From positions 124,001 through 188,000 of IMG/VR virus record IMGVR_UViG_3300037042_006844: 64,000 bases of DNA. One strand, 5' to 3'. Made by a program: the position numbers and the translations under genes. Within the stretch, counting starts at the first letter, position 1; every line of letters begins with the position of its first letter. This document shows, piece by piece, positions 1 through 9,417 of the stretch. The notes beneath the pieces are model-generated. The model saw only the letters and a program-made list of their open reading frames with translations. It was not told the origin of the DNA and did no database searches.

Positions 1-13
1 CCAGTTCGCTATC

Positions 14-544
14 ATGACCAAAGCTCGTCGTCTGGCGGAACTGCTCAAGGTTCCCACGATGGTCGAGATGATTGAGGATCTATTCGATGAAGGCATCAGC
101 CCCGTTTGTTTCGTAAACTACACCGAGACTGTGGATGCGATTCGAAGCAAGCTGGAAAAGAACAGCAAGCTGGCGAATCACCTCAACTTTATTGTTGGTG
201 GTCAGAGCGAAAAGGTGCGCAATGCTGGCATCGATGCTTTCCAGAACAATACTCGTCGGATCATGATTGCCAACCTTGCAGCTGGCAACGCGGGTGTGGA
301 TTTGCACGATTTGCTGGGCGGGCATGGTCGTCATTCGATCATCAGCCCGAGCTTTAGCGCGATTCATTTGATCCAGGCTCTGGGTCGTATTCACCGTGCA
401 GAGGGCAAAACCCCTTGCATCCAAACGATTCTGTTTGCTCTTGGCACGATTGAGGAAGTGGCATGTAAACGAGTTCAAGCCAAGATTAACAACACCGACA
501 TGTTGAATGACGGTGATTTGACTAGTGGTATCAAGATTATATAA
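14..544 (+). CDS. SF2 helicase, C-terminal domain (5'-truncated by window edge)
   Basis: Motif V-like AAGNAGVDL and motif VI QALGRIHR; frame open upstream of 14. Confidence 0.85.
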   Translation: MTKARRLAELLKVPTMVEMIEDLFDEGISPVCFVNYTETVDAIRSKLEKNSKLANHLNFIVGGQSEKVRNAGIDAFQNNTRRIMIANLAAGNAGVDLHDLLGGHGRHSIISPSFSAIHLIQALGRIHRAEGKTPCIQTILFALGTIEEVACKRVQAKINNTDMLNDGDLTSGIKII

Positions 545-551
545 GAAACAT

Positions 552-806
552 ATGGCAACGAAAATCGTAGCAGTTTGGTATCCATTGAATACTGTCCGGG
601 CAGGCCGCCGGGAGGTCATGACCGTCGAGAGCGATGCCGACATCAAAAAAGCGTTCGGTCTTTTATTGTTCGACAAAGCTGCCAACAATCTGTTGGTGAA
701 TTATGGTGGTAAACTGTATATCATCGAGGCAACCGACAGAATTAAACGCATTTACACCCGTCGAGTGACGGAGTATCATCCTTTGAGCGACATGGTCAAA
801 ATCTAG
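552..806 (+). CDS. hypothetical protein
   Basis: ATG 552 just after helicase stop; followed by hairpins. Confidence 0.6.
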   Translation: MATKIVAVWYPLNTVRAGRREVMTVESDADIKKAFGLLLFDKAANNLLVNYGGKLYIIEATDRIKRIYTRRVTEYHPLSDMVKI

Positions 807-877
807 GTCGCTCATCTTCAACGGGGTTAACCTCCCCGTTATCTACAAAAACAAAAGGTCATTTCATTGTGGTTTCT

Positions 878-912
878 CGCCCGTCTAACCTAAAAAGACG
901 GGCATTTCTTTT
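878..912 (+). terminator. rho-independent terminator
   Basis: gcccgtct-loop-agacgggc followed by atttctttt. Confidence 0.6.
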
Positions 913-937
913 GTCCACATGCATATGTATATGATAT

Positions 938-1165
938 ATGCCACCACAACCGCCGCCAACAGAATGGAAAACCGGAAGCATCGACATACGAGGCTTGCAA
1001 ACCAAATTGCAATCCTATGTGATCGTGCGTTCCAAATACAATGACCCGAGCTTGCCGTTGCTGCAAGACTTGATTAATGCTATAATCGCCAACCTTCAGA
1101 GCCTACAAACGCAGATAAATACTGGAGCAACCGTGGTGAATCTGCACACGTTCTGGGGATTGTAA
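938..1165 (+). CDS. hypothetical protein (putative late gene)
   Basis: TATGTAT at 924-930 upstream of ATG. Confidence 0.55.
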   Translation: MPPQPPPTEWKTGSIDIRGLQTKLQSYVIVRSKYNDPSLPLLQDLINAIIANLQSLQTQINTGATVVNLHTFWGL

Positions 1166-1194
1166 GCGCAATCCTGGCCAGGATTGTTATGCAA

Positions 1195-1230
1195 AAAGCC
1201 CCAACAGTGGAATAAATCCGTTGGGGCTTT
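1195..1230. terminator. bidirectional terminator between convergent genes
   Basis: aaagccccaac...gttggggcttt inverted repeat. Confidence 0.6.
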
Positions 1231-1292
1231 GTCTTTCTGTGTGTCTCACAAAATCAACGGGAATATGACAAACTCGTTGGTCATGAAAGAAT

Positions 1293-1625
1293 CTAGTTTT
1301 TATCCCACCGCTTGCGCCATTTTTCTTTTTCTGATACCTTTTTGCCAGCCTCGGTGATTTCATATATCGGCTGACCATCGTCATCGCTGCCAACCACTTC
1401 TACATATCCTTTGCTGCAAAGATACTCCATCTGAATAGCATGGATGAATTGCGTGGCAAGCTCTCGATCCATACCAGTAGTTTTCATTAAATCACATAAT
1501 GTGTTTTCGATTGTGACTTCTGTTTCCACAGCATCTGAATCTTTTGATAAACAATGTGCTAGAAACTCGTCGTTTGTGCCAGAGAAAAAATCAGGGAATA
1601 TAGTGCTATTGATCAATCTGTTCAT
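1293..1625 (-). CDS. hypothetical protein, possible winged helix
   Basis: LCSKGYVEV...YEITEAGK resembles a wHTH wing; overlaps upstream stop. Confidence 0.55.
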   Translation of the reverse strand: MNRLINSTIFPDFFSGTNDEFLAHCLSKDSDAVETEVTIENTLCDLMKTTGMDRELATQFIHAIQMEYLCSKGYVEVVGSDDDGQPIYEITEAGKKVSEKEKWRKRWDKN

Positions 1626-2122
1626 ATGATTGATGTTACCGCCGATTTTTCGGGTGTCAACTTGAAAAACTCCCGATACGCCGACCGAGGAATTTTCTGT
1701 TTCGGATATAAATTCCGCAATTCTTTTCCCGCAACAAATCGAACTTTTATTGTTGGAAACTCGGTGATGTCGGTGATTATGTATATCAATTCATCATAAA
1801 TCTTTCGGTCTGCCGGTGACGCATGAACAGGATCATGAATCTTTCGACCACTGCCCACCATAAAGCTTGGAGCGAAATTGCAGCCACCTTTGGTAAAACA
1901 TTTATGTTCAAAATATGTTTGATCCACTTTGTGCATGTGATCAAAGCCAGATCCATTGACATAATCCAAACAGTCGAACCATTTGGTCAATTGCAATTGA
2001 ATCAAAGGAGCACATGCCCGACCATCGCGAAACAATAGGTTGAGATCATCACGGGTCAGATCGCCCCAACTGCATTGTTCAATGGTGAACGTATAGATTT
2101 TATTGATATTAATTGTGGTCAT
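1622..2122 (-). CDS. putative PD-(D/E)xK nuclease-like protein
   Basis: GFD...FEHK spacing. Confidence 0.45.
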   Translation of the reverse strand: MTTININKIYTFTIEQCSWGDLTRDDLNLLFRDGRACAPLIQLQLTKWFDCLDYVNGSGFDHMHKVDQTYFEHKCFTKGGCNFAPSFMVGSGRKIHDPVHASPADRKIYDELIYIITDITEFPTIKVRFVAGKELRNLYPKQKIPRSAYREFFKLTPEKSAVTSII

Positions 2123-2274
2123 ATTATGATACATTTTTCGCACGATGTTGGGTCATTCTGTCAAGTCTCCGCAACAGACGGTCAATCCGGCAGCAAAGAC
2201 ACAACCGATCACCACAGCGGCACAGCTTTGCAGTTTGGCGCATTGCATCGATGCGGCCTGGATAACCGTCGCGG

Positions 2275-2499
2275 TCATATCGAATCAGTTTTGAGAGTGA
2301 CATCATTACATTTGATAAATAGTTTCAACACCCGACGTTCTGCCCGTTGAAGCCGCAGAAAAGCGGCACGAAGCTCACGCTTCGATACATTATGCTTTCG
2401 AGCCACCATCATGTCCATAGCCACTTGGCACATGAATTTGGCATGATCTTCATTGGCTGACCAACGCTCGACAACTGGGTCAATCTGTTTGGTTTTCAT
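2275..2499 (-). CDS. hypothetical protein
   Basis: ORF in minus-strand early cluster. Confidence 0.5.
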   Translation of the reverse strand: MKTKQIDPVVERWSANEDHAKFMCQVAMDMMVARKHNVSKRELRAAFLRLQRAERRVLKLFIKCNDVTLKTDSI

Positions 2500-2541
2500 T
2501 TCGGTATATGTTGTGTTATTTCTATATTCTTGGACACTACC

Positions 2542-2901
2542 TTAGTCATTCATCACAGTGGAAGGATGATTCGGCAACCACTCCTGCTTGACCGTGATCT
2601 GCTGCCACAGATACATGCGAATCTCGAACTGTTCCCATGATGGCGAATCGTCAAACCGAATCGTGGTGCCCGATTCACTAATCACTGCGTCATTCAACAT
2701 GCCTTCCGTGATGCTGACAGCATCATCATCATCCTCGTATTCACCGAGCCAAATCACCGTGCGGTGTGGGTGTTCGCCCTGAGGTTCAGAAAAGCAACTA
2801 ATCATTTCCTTGCCCTTGTAAACGTGGAAAAGCACGGTTGCATTGAGCATCTGGCGATACAGACTTTTGACTTTGATCATGTCCATTTTGGTCTCACTCA
2901 T
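2542..2901 (-). CDS. hypothetical early protein
   Basis: TTGACC(2936-2931)-N16-TATCTT(2914-2909) 7 nt before ATG. Confidence 0.65.
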   Translation of the reverse strand: MSETKMDMIKVKSLYRQMLNATVLFHVYKGKEMISCFSEPQGEHPHRTVIWLGEYEDDDDAVSITEGMLNDAVISESGTTIRFDDSPSWEQFEIRMYLWQQITVKQEWLPNHPSTVMND

Positions 2902-3058
2902 ATAATTAAAGATACCACGCTTTTGATAGAGGTCAATAGCTTTAATAACATTATAAATTCAAACCAGGAGTTATATGACGAGTTTTGAACATGTATGCAC
3001 TGTTATAGCAGAAAAAAGCTATAAATGACTGGACAATGATATGAGCTTGTTGGCCAAC

Positions 3059-3084
3059 AAAAAACCCAGCTTTTGGCTGGGTTG
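3059..3084 (-). terminator. rho-independent terminator
   Basis: minus strand aacccagccaaaagctgggtt + T-run; same hairpin inverted at 3519-3539. Confidence 0.7.
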
Positions 3085-3105
3085 CCGATTGCTGCAATGA
3101 CCTGA

Positions 3106-3438
3106 TCAGTCCTTGCGATCCTTGCGAATTTTATCGACTTGCATGGTGCCGAAATGGGGCATCATATCCTTTGGAAACCTCGGGTCCTGAGCACGAACCT
3201 TGACCTTGCCGTTGACGATGACGAGGTCTTTCATCGCGATGCGCCAACCAGCGGGAAGCTTGACCACATGGCCTGGGGCATTGTTCATGGACTGCGTCAC
3301 CGTCAACTCGGCTGGTTCGGCGACGGTTGCGTTTGCCCAACTGCAAAACTTGTTGGCGTTGGCGTTGGTGAGAACCTCGCCATACTTGGCGATCTGCGCG
3401 GCTTTGACTGCTTTGTCGACTTTCTGTTGTTTCGTCAT
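3106..3438 (-). CDS. hypothetical early protein (cassette)
   Basis: leaderless promoter 6 nt before ATG 3438, terminator downstream. Confidence 0.7.
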   Translation of the reverse strand: MTKQQKVDKAVKAAQIAKYGEVLTNANANKFCSWANATVAEPAELTVTQSMNNAPGHVVKLPAGWRIAMKDLVIVNGKVKVRAQDPRFPKDMMPHFGTMQVDKIRKDRKD

Positions 3439-3483
3439 GCCCACATAATACAGGAATCAGCAGCACAAGTCAACAGCTTTCGA
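3436..3483 (-). promoter_or_regulatory. sigma70-like early promoter, copy 1 of 48-bp repeat
   Basis: TTGACT-N17-TATTAT-gtgggc-ATG. Confidence 0.8.
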
Positions 3484-3560
3484 TAAAAAGGTCAACAAAT
3501 AAGTTCTGGCCGCGATTGACCCAGCCAAAAGCTGGGTTTGATGCGTAGGTATATGATCGA

Positions 3561-3839
3561 TTAATTATCGAGCGTCAACCACCCGGTCGCGGGATAATAG
3601 TTGTCGCCGAGGCGCAGAGTCCAAACGCCATGTTGCGGATGGAGCGGATGCTGACAGCGAATGACGTAGGTCTTGATCCTGGGGTCTCTGTAGTTGGGTA
3701 TTGTCCGCACGATCTCCACACGATAACCGATGGGGAGTTGAACTGCCGGACGCGTTCCAGAAAAAAGGTTCTCGGCAAAGGCGCAACACGCACAAGCCAC
3801 CGTGGCATTCGGCACGAACTGGTTTAGAGTCTCTCTCAT
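3561..3839 (-). CDS. hypothetical early protein (cassette)
   Basis: leaderless promoter 6 nt before ATG 3839. Confidence 0.65.
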   Translation of the reverse strand: MRETLNQFVPNATVACACCAFAENLFSGTRPAVQLPIGYRVEIVRTIPNYRDPRIKTYVIRCQHPLHPQHGVWTLRLGDNYYPATGWLTLDN

Positions 3840-3884
3840 GCCCAAATACTACAGGAATCAGCAGCACAAGTCAACAGCTTTCGA
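3837..3884 (-). promoter_or_regulatory. sigma70-like early promoter, copy 2 of 48-bp repeat
   Basis: TTGACT-N17-TAGTAT-ttgggc-ATG; 2 mismatches to copy 1. Confidence 0.8.
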
Positions 3885-4142
3885 CACAAAAAGATGAAAA
3901 TAATCCGGGGCTGGCCCGCGTGGCCGCAGTTTTTGTATCCTGTTGTTATTCAACGCTTTGCATACATATCGTTTTTGTGTTTGTTATCTTATTGTTGCGC
4001 AACACTTTATAGCAATATTCCTTGCGTTGTATCCTGTTGTGCTATAGTGTGTTATGGTGTCAGCATAGTAACTGTATGGCTCTTTATGTATGCTGTTGCA
4101 TGATAACAGGATGCAACTTTAATTTCTAGTGTGTTTGCTAAC

Positions 4143-5781
4143 GTGTTGACCGCGAACATGTTGCAGTGTTTGCAGGCATATACTGAGTCGTCTGTTTATT
4201 TTTTTGGATTATTGCTATAAACTCTTGATGATCAAACACTTGCGAATTTATATACTCCCCGGCATATTGAGTCTATATAAACGCCGCTTTGCGTTGCATT
4301 GCTGCAATCATAACCTGTTTGCTTATGTATTGAAAACATTGGGGTTTTTACACTTTTACCATATGTCTGACTCGATTTGCAATGCAGCAATCATAACCTG
4401 TTTACTTATGTATTGAAAATGCAGCCGCTAGAGTCTCGCTTGACCTTTTTATAAACGAGTGTAAAATGGGTTTATGTGGTGGTCAGTGAACATAGACCCA
4501 GTTTAATATAGCAATTCTCAGTCTATATCGGTTAGGCAAGCACCATATTGAGTGCATACTGGTTTCCAGCATAGCATATGAGCATCAATTCAGTCTATAT
4601 GCATAGTTCCTCGACATACTGAGTCTATAACGCTGCAACTCAACATAGACTCGATCATCAGATACACTCATTATAGCATGGCACTATAAGCGCAACTGAG
4701 CCTATCCATTGAAACAACAACGCCGCAACTCAATATGCATTGGAAATTCCGAAAAAAATTTTTTTGAACTCGACAAAAATCCAAAAAACAGTTTTGGTAA
4801 TAGACATACATAATAGACCAGCAGAATTTCTAATAGTTGTGGCGACCTCTTTACCATACACTGTGTGTAGTGTCAAGTTATAAGAATTTGTATAATAATT
4901 CGGTCAACTCCCTGAAAAATAAACAGCCCTGCTCCAGCACCTACCATATATACAGACACCACACAGCACCACATCATGAGCATATACCCACACACTGCAA
5001 AAATGCTCAGGAACACAGCAAAAATATGCAAAAAAGCCAATGAAATCAGGGGTTTGCGCTAAAAATGGACGTTATTCTTCATAGTTAGTCTACTTTTATT
5101 CATGTGCATTCTATACCCCCTAGTAGATATACAACCCTTCTTACCATCAATAATCTGCATATTATTATTGCTATTAATTCCAGTTTACTCCATATATACA
5201 ATTTCGTCACCCCTCTGTTGAGCTTTTTGCAAAATGACCCGGGGGCCTGTTTCAAATTATGAGGGGGGGGGGGTTCCTCTCATACGCAGGGGGGCCTGTT
5301 GAGCCTCTTTGCGGATGTTAAGCTCTCTCTAGGCTTATGATATGTTGAGCTTCCCATATATGTTGAGCCTCTTTGCGGATGTTGAGCTTAGGCATATATT
5401 GAGCTTAGGCTTAGGCATATATGTTGAGCCTTTTTGCGGATGTTGAGCTTAGGGGCTCTTATGATATGTTGAGTTGTTGGTGTTGGTGTTGCTGCAAGGG
5501 TCTGAGCTTTTTGCAAAATGACCCGGGGCCTGTTAAGCTCTCTCTCTCTTAGGCTTATATGATATGAGGGGGGGGGTCTGTTGTGGAGCCCCCACCTATG
5601 GGGAGGGGTTTGATGTCTGAGCTTGAAGCTACCTATACACTCTCTCTCTCTCCTAAGCTCTCTCTGTCTCTCTATCTCTTATGAGATGAGCCTATGTGTG
5701 TGAAACTGAAATGATGAGTGGCACAGGCAATGCTATACATATTGGTATTTTATATTTTGGTGATGTGTTGACCGCGAACAT
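4143..5781. repeat. gene-free repeat-rich region bounded by 17-bp direct repeat (candidate origin or genome terminus)
   Basis: gtgttgaccgcgaacat at 4143 and 5765; 33-bp duplicate at 4304/4387; TGTTGAGC iterations 5216-5538; G11, G9 and (CT)n tracts. Confidence 0.75.
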
Positions 5782-5829
5782 TCCTTGAATTGAATTCATA
5801 TGAACATTTTGATTCTCTACTTATATGGT

Positions 5830-6390
5830 ATGACCCACATGAAAAGACTGGTGCAGTTGTTTGCTGCTCTCACAATCGGCATTCTAATAATACTATTTTC
5901 TACAGGATGTGACGGCAAGAAAAAGTCCACCTATGAATTTCGTAGTCTGCCCAAAAATGAAGCACTGGATGTTCTGATGTATACCAATGCTATTCGTCCA
6001 TTGAAGTGCTTTCGTATGAGTGATAAAACATATGCCATACCCAGTGTTAAGTGGATACAAGAAGTATTTACCCCCGAATTCAAGAACTACCTATTCCGAA
6101 ACAACTTGAAAACTGTTCGGGACAGCATCAACGATTGTGACAAATATTGTTTACATGCCCGCAGTGTTGCCAGTGTATTGTATAGCAAAGAAACCAAACG
6201 CATCCCAGGTGCTGCACTGGCTATGGGTGAGTTCGTGTATTGGTATGGTTTGGATATGCATGATATTGTATTCTTTCTGGCATATGACGAAACATATGGC
6301 GATCTGGTTATGGTATTTTATGAACCCATGATTCAAAACATCATCATCTTTGAACCCAGGGATGCTGGTTGTGTGGATTGTATGATGTGA
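5830..6390 (+). CDS. lipoprotein with putative papain/transglutaminase-like Cys domain
   Basis: hydrophobic signal ending in STGC; DCDKY...H...FYEP pattern; TACTTAT upstream. Confidence 0.55.
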   Translation: MTHMKRLVQLFAALTIGILIILFSTGCDGKKKSTYEFRSLPKNEALDVLMYTNAIRPLKCFRMSDKTYAIPSVKWIQEVFTPEFKNYLFRNNLKTVRDSINDCDKYCLHARSVASVLYSKETKRIPGAALAMGEFVYWYGLDMHDIVFFLAYDETYGDLVMVFYEPMIQNIIIFEPRDAGCVDCMM

Positions 6391-6465
6391 CTTTTTTATA
6401 TAAAATATAACGCCTCCTTCTTTTTATAACTTGTTTTGTTGCAACTTCCATGATAACATCTAGTC

Positions 6466-6643
6466 ATGGATGATCGAATAATAGATTCAAAAACATCAAA
6501 CCGACGACGGTTTTTCTCCTAATTTGTTTCAGGGTATTGTTGCTGCTGGTATAGCTCCCAGCATCATTGCCACAACAACTGTTAAAAACTATACCACACC
6601 ACTACGATTCAGCATCAGGAGAATTGATATTAAATTAATATGA
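6466..6643 (+). pseudogene. frameshifted small ORF with Tat-like signal
   Basis: SNRRRFFS then, in +1 frame, NLFQGIVAAGIAPSIIA. Confidence 0.4.
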
Positions 6644-6930
6644 AAAATAGAAAAGGTTTTGGTAAAATCGACATCGACGGTAAGAAATTTCTGTTCAACT
6701 GGGCAAAAAACCTAGATGGAGATGGTCCTTTGCTTGTGATGTATGACGAGGATGATAATAAAGTAGAAATACCATATAGTATTTGGAACATATATCCAGA
6801 TAGTGATGAATATATGTCAGGACCGGGCACTTGGCATGGAAAACATAAACGTGGACCTGAATGGGGTGGTTGGGGGAAACGTCAAGCAAGAGAGATGTAT
6901 CGTAAATATCTAAAATTTATATCAATATGA
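6640..6930 (+). CDS. hypothetical protein
   Basis: ORF with overlapping start/stop coupling. Confidence 0.6.
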   Translation: MKNRKGFGKIDIDGKKFLFNWAKNLDGDGPLLVMYDEDDNKVEIPYSIWNIYPDSDEYMSGPGTWHGKHKRGPEWGGWGKRQAREMYRKYLKFISI

Positions 6931-7130
6931 ACTGTAAAAAAAGCAATGTGAAGAATAAAGAGTTTTATCAGGAAGCAGAAAATATGCAAACCGGATGGGG
7001 AAGACGATTGAAATCTATTGATGAGTTAAAAGATAAAATTAAAAACAAAAAAGACATTACCCTTAGTGATTTTGTATATACTCTTTATGGTGAGGGGCAT
7101 TTTAGATATTTATATTCTACATATGAATGA
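6927..7130 (+). CDS. hypothetical protein
   Basis: ATGA-coupled ORF. Confidence 0.55.
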   Translation: MNCKKSNVKNKEFYQEAENMQTGWGRRLKSIDELKDKIKNKKDITLSDFVYTLYGEGHFRYLYSTYE

Positions 7131-7386
7131 CTTATTGATGGGAATTGTGGGACAACTAACGGTTGGCAGCGTTGTGTGGTATGTCACCTACTGCGTGATG
7201 CGCAACAAACTCGAAAAATTGGATCGTGAACGCTGCCCATATGGCAAGAGTTGCATGACATATGATGTTGTTAAAAGCAAAGAGGCATTGGATCGAGTTG
7301 TGACCATGCTGGAAAAGAAAGTGGAGGGTTACAGTGAGAATAGACTTGAGACTCTCAAAATGCTACATGAGTTACGCAAGCTTTGA
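7123..7386 (+). CDS. small membrane protein
   Basis: N-terminal TM then C-x5-CM-x-YD motif. Confidence 0.6.
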   Translation: MNDLLMGIVGQLTVGSVVWYVTYCVMRNKLEKLDRERCPYGKSCMTYDVVKSKEALDRVVTMLEKKVEGYSENRLETLKMLHELRKL

Positions 7387-7498
7387 AAGTTTTTGATCGA
7401 CCATAGAGTTACAACATTTTTTGCGCAAACCCGCTGATATTTTTTAATAATATCGGCGGTTTTTGATTTTCGTGTAGTATATTTATGGGATATACACA

Positions 7499-7768
7499 AT
7501 GAACGCATTTCTTATCATCATCACTATTATTGTCATCACTGCTGCGATCAGCATATTTGCAACTCGCCATATCATGCAAAAAAGACAGGATCGGATCGCG
7601 CGTGAGGGCACCGATTGCATTTTTAACCGAGGCTGCATGGTGTATGATTGCGTGGGTGAGGCTCCTATAAAAACACAATTGACGAATTTATTGATTTATA
7701 AAATGAGCATGTGTCCCAACCAAAGCGGCGAAATTGTTGACATATTGAAAAAATTGCGTAGCAGTTGA
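7499..7768 (+). CDS. small membrane protein, paralog of 7123-7386
   Basis: N-terminal TM, CIFNRGCMVYD, C-terminal L..LR. Confidence 0.6.
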   Translation: MNAFLIIITIIVITAAISIFATRHIMQKRQDRIAREGTDCIFNRGCMVYDCVGEAPIKTQLTNLLIYKMSMCPNQSGEIVDILKKLRSS

Positions 7769-7822
7769 TTCCGGGTTGCTTTTGACAGAGTGCGTGTTAC
7801 ACTGGTGTTATCAACACTAAAA

Positions 7823-8362
7823 ATGACACACGATTTGGCTATAACATATCCCATTCAAAATAAAACTGAATGGAGTTTGATCGATTTCGACGAACCAGCT
7901 TTCTCCAATGCTGGACAGTATTTAACGCATTGGTATCCAAGAATTTTGTGTCCGGTGGGTGAGTGTCGAGAACTCTTGGATTCAGAGAGTGTTTTTTATG
8001 TTCGAGCATATGATCAAAATAGTGCTTTGCATAGCAAACTACTCGACCCTTGGAATAGACCATTCAAAGTTTATTCATGTAGGAGTCCAAAACCCTCCAA
8101 CAACCGCCGAGTTAACATCAACAATCATACAAAGTCGCACAATTGGCACAGTTTTTTAGCAACCATTCCGAAGGGAGTCTGTCCCAGTCGAGTGGTTGGT
8201 GAGGTCTTTATTACCTCAGTATGTTCTGTGCCAGTGGTATGTTTCAACATAGATAGGGCTGCATATTTACAAGTGGAGCACGATATTGTTTTAGAAGAAG
8301 GTAAATTATCGATGAATTATGGCATCAGATCGCCCGTTGTTAAATATCAAACTTTCAACTGA
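7823..8362 (+). CDS. hypothetical protein, YPI/LDPW family copy 1
   Basis: YPIQNKTEW, LDPWNRPF. Confidence 0.65.
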   Translation: MTHDLAITYPIQNKTEWSLIDFDEPAFSNAGQYLTHWYPRILCPVGECRELLDSESVFYVRAYDQNSALHSKLLDPWNRPFKVYSCRSPKPSNNRRVNINNHTKSHNWHSFLATIPKGVCPSRVVGEVFITSVCSVPVVCFNIDRAAYLQVEHDIVLEEGKLSMNYGIRSPVVKYQTFN

Positions 8363-8366
8363 CTCC

Positions 8367-8984
8367 ATGAACCCGAAAAATAATAATTTCAGTTACGTAA
8401 CAGAAACTATACTGCATAAATATCCCGTCACCAACAGCGAATGGATTGTTGTTGGAGTTCCTGGTAGTGTTGGCAATGGGTTAACGTTGTTTGAATATAT
8501 GATGCGGTATTATCCATACATTCTTATTCATGGGATGGACGATACCAACGTTGCGAATGTTCTGCTGGGGGGTATATACAGAAAACATGATGATACACCA
8601 CAAATTAGCTCACCATATTGGGGTGGTGTCGTTACGACGCCGGTTTCATTTCCATCTAACAATGAAAAGCTCTATTTTGTTCGAACACCAGAGCGACATC
8701 ATGCCAAATCTGAATATAAACAAGGTTCCGAATTGTTTCTTGATCCTTGGGACCGAGCTTTTATAGCAAGCCCTTGGTCCGCCGATGATAAAAGAATATC
8801 TGGCAAAGCGTATTCTAAAAATTGTTTATCGACGGGAGTTCCTTCTTTTAGAATGGATTGTCATGCATATTGGCATTTGATAAACGAGTATAACAAACAA
8901 ATATTGGGGAGTGTATTTTTTACCACAGTCGATGGAACAATTGCGATCTGTATTAATATTGCAATGGCGGCAACACTCAAATAG
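8367..8984 (+). CDS. hypothetical protein, YPI/LDPW family copy 2
   Basis: YPVTNSEW, LDPWDRAF. Confidence 0.65.
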   Translation: MNPKNNNFSYVTETILHKYPVTNSEWIVVGVPGSVGNGLTLFEYMMRYYPYILIHGMDDTNVANVLLGGIYRKHDDTPQISSPYWGGVVTTPVSFPSNNEKLYFVRTPERHHAKSEYKQGSELFLDPWDRAFIASPWSADDKRISGKAYSKNCLSTGVPSFRMDCHAYWHLINEYNKQILGSVFFTTVDGTIAICINIAMAATLK

Positions 8985-9036
8985 CTTGACCTGCCCCTAA
9001 ATAAAGACTATACTCTCTCTTGCACACACACATTAT

Positions 9037-9417
9037 ATGGCACGAAAAAAGACACAACCACCCAAAATAGACGCAAAGCACAAAAAGCTGATCGCTGATG
9101 CTATTACTCGCAGTTGCAACCGAACCAGCGCATTCCCCAGTCTCACAATGCGGGACATTCGACAGCTATGCAGCCAAATTCCATCTCACTACGACGATTG
9201 TATTGTGAGTTTTGGGTTTGTATTGAAGGATTTTGGAGAAGATCCCGTTGGAAGTGGTATGCATAATTTCGAAATGGCGTTGATACCCGTGAAAAACGTG
9301 TGCGTGCATCCAGATCAAACACATTTGGTTCTATGCGACGACGAATTGAGCGAGTATATGACAACCAAATGTAAACATACATCTCTTCAACAAAACGACG
9401 ATGTGGTCGAGGAGTGA
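9037..9417 (+). CDS. hypothetical protein
   Basis: TTGACC-N17-TATACT promoter upstream. Confidence 0.6.
   Translation: MARKKTQPPKIDAKHKKLIADAITRSCNRTSAFPSLTMRDIRQLCSQIPSHYDDCIVSFGFVLKDFGEDPVGSGMHNFEMALIPVKNVCVHPDQTHLVLCDDELSEYMTTKCKHTSLQQNDDVVEE

Noticed and set aside
4143-4159. LexA box in the 17-bp repeat
   Set aside because: TGTTG-N5-GAACA does not fit the TGTTC-N4-GAACA spacing I recall for Verrucomicrobia
3894-5043. Short ORFs in the repeat region
   Set aside because: Low-complexity translations, weak starts, no recognisable motifs
5216-5540. CRISPR or TIGR-like guide array
   Set aside because: Repeat is only 8 bp, spacers are irregular and themselves repeated, and no cas or Nop-domain gene is nearby
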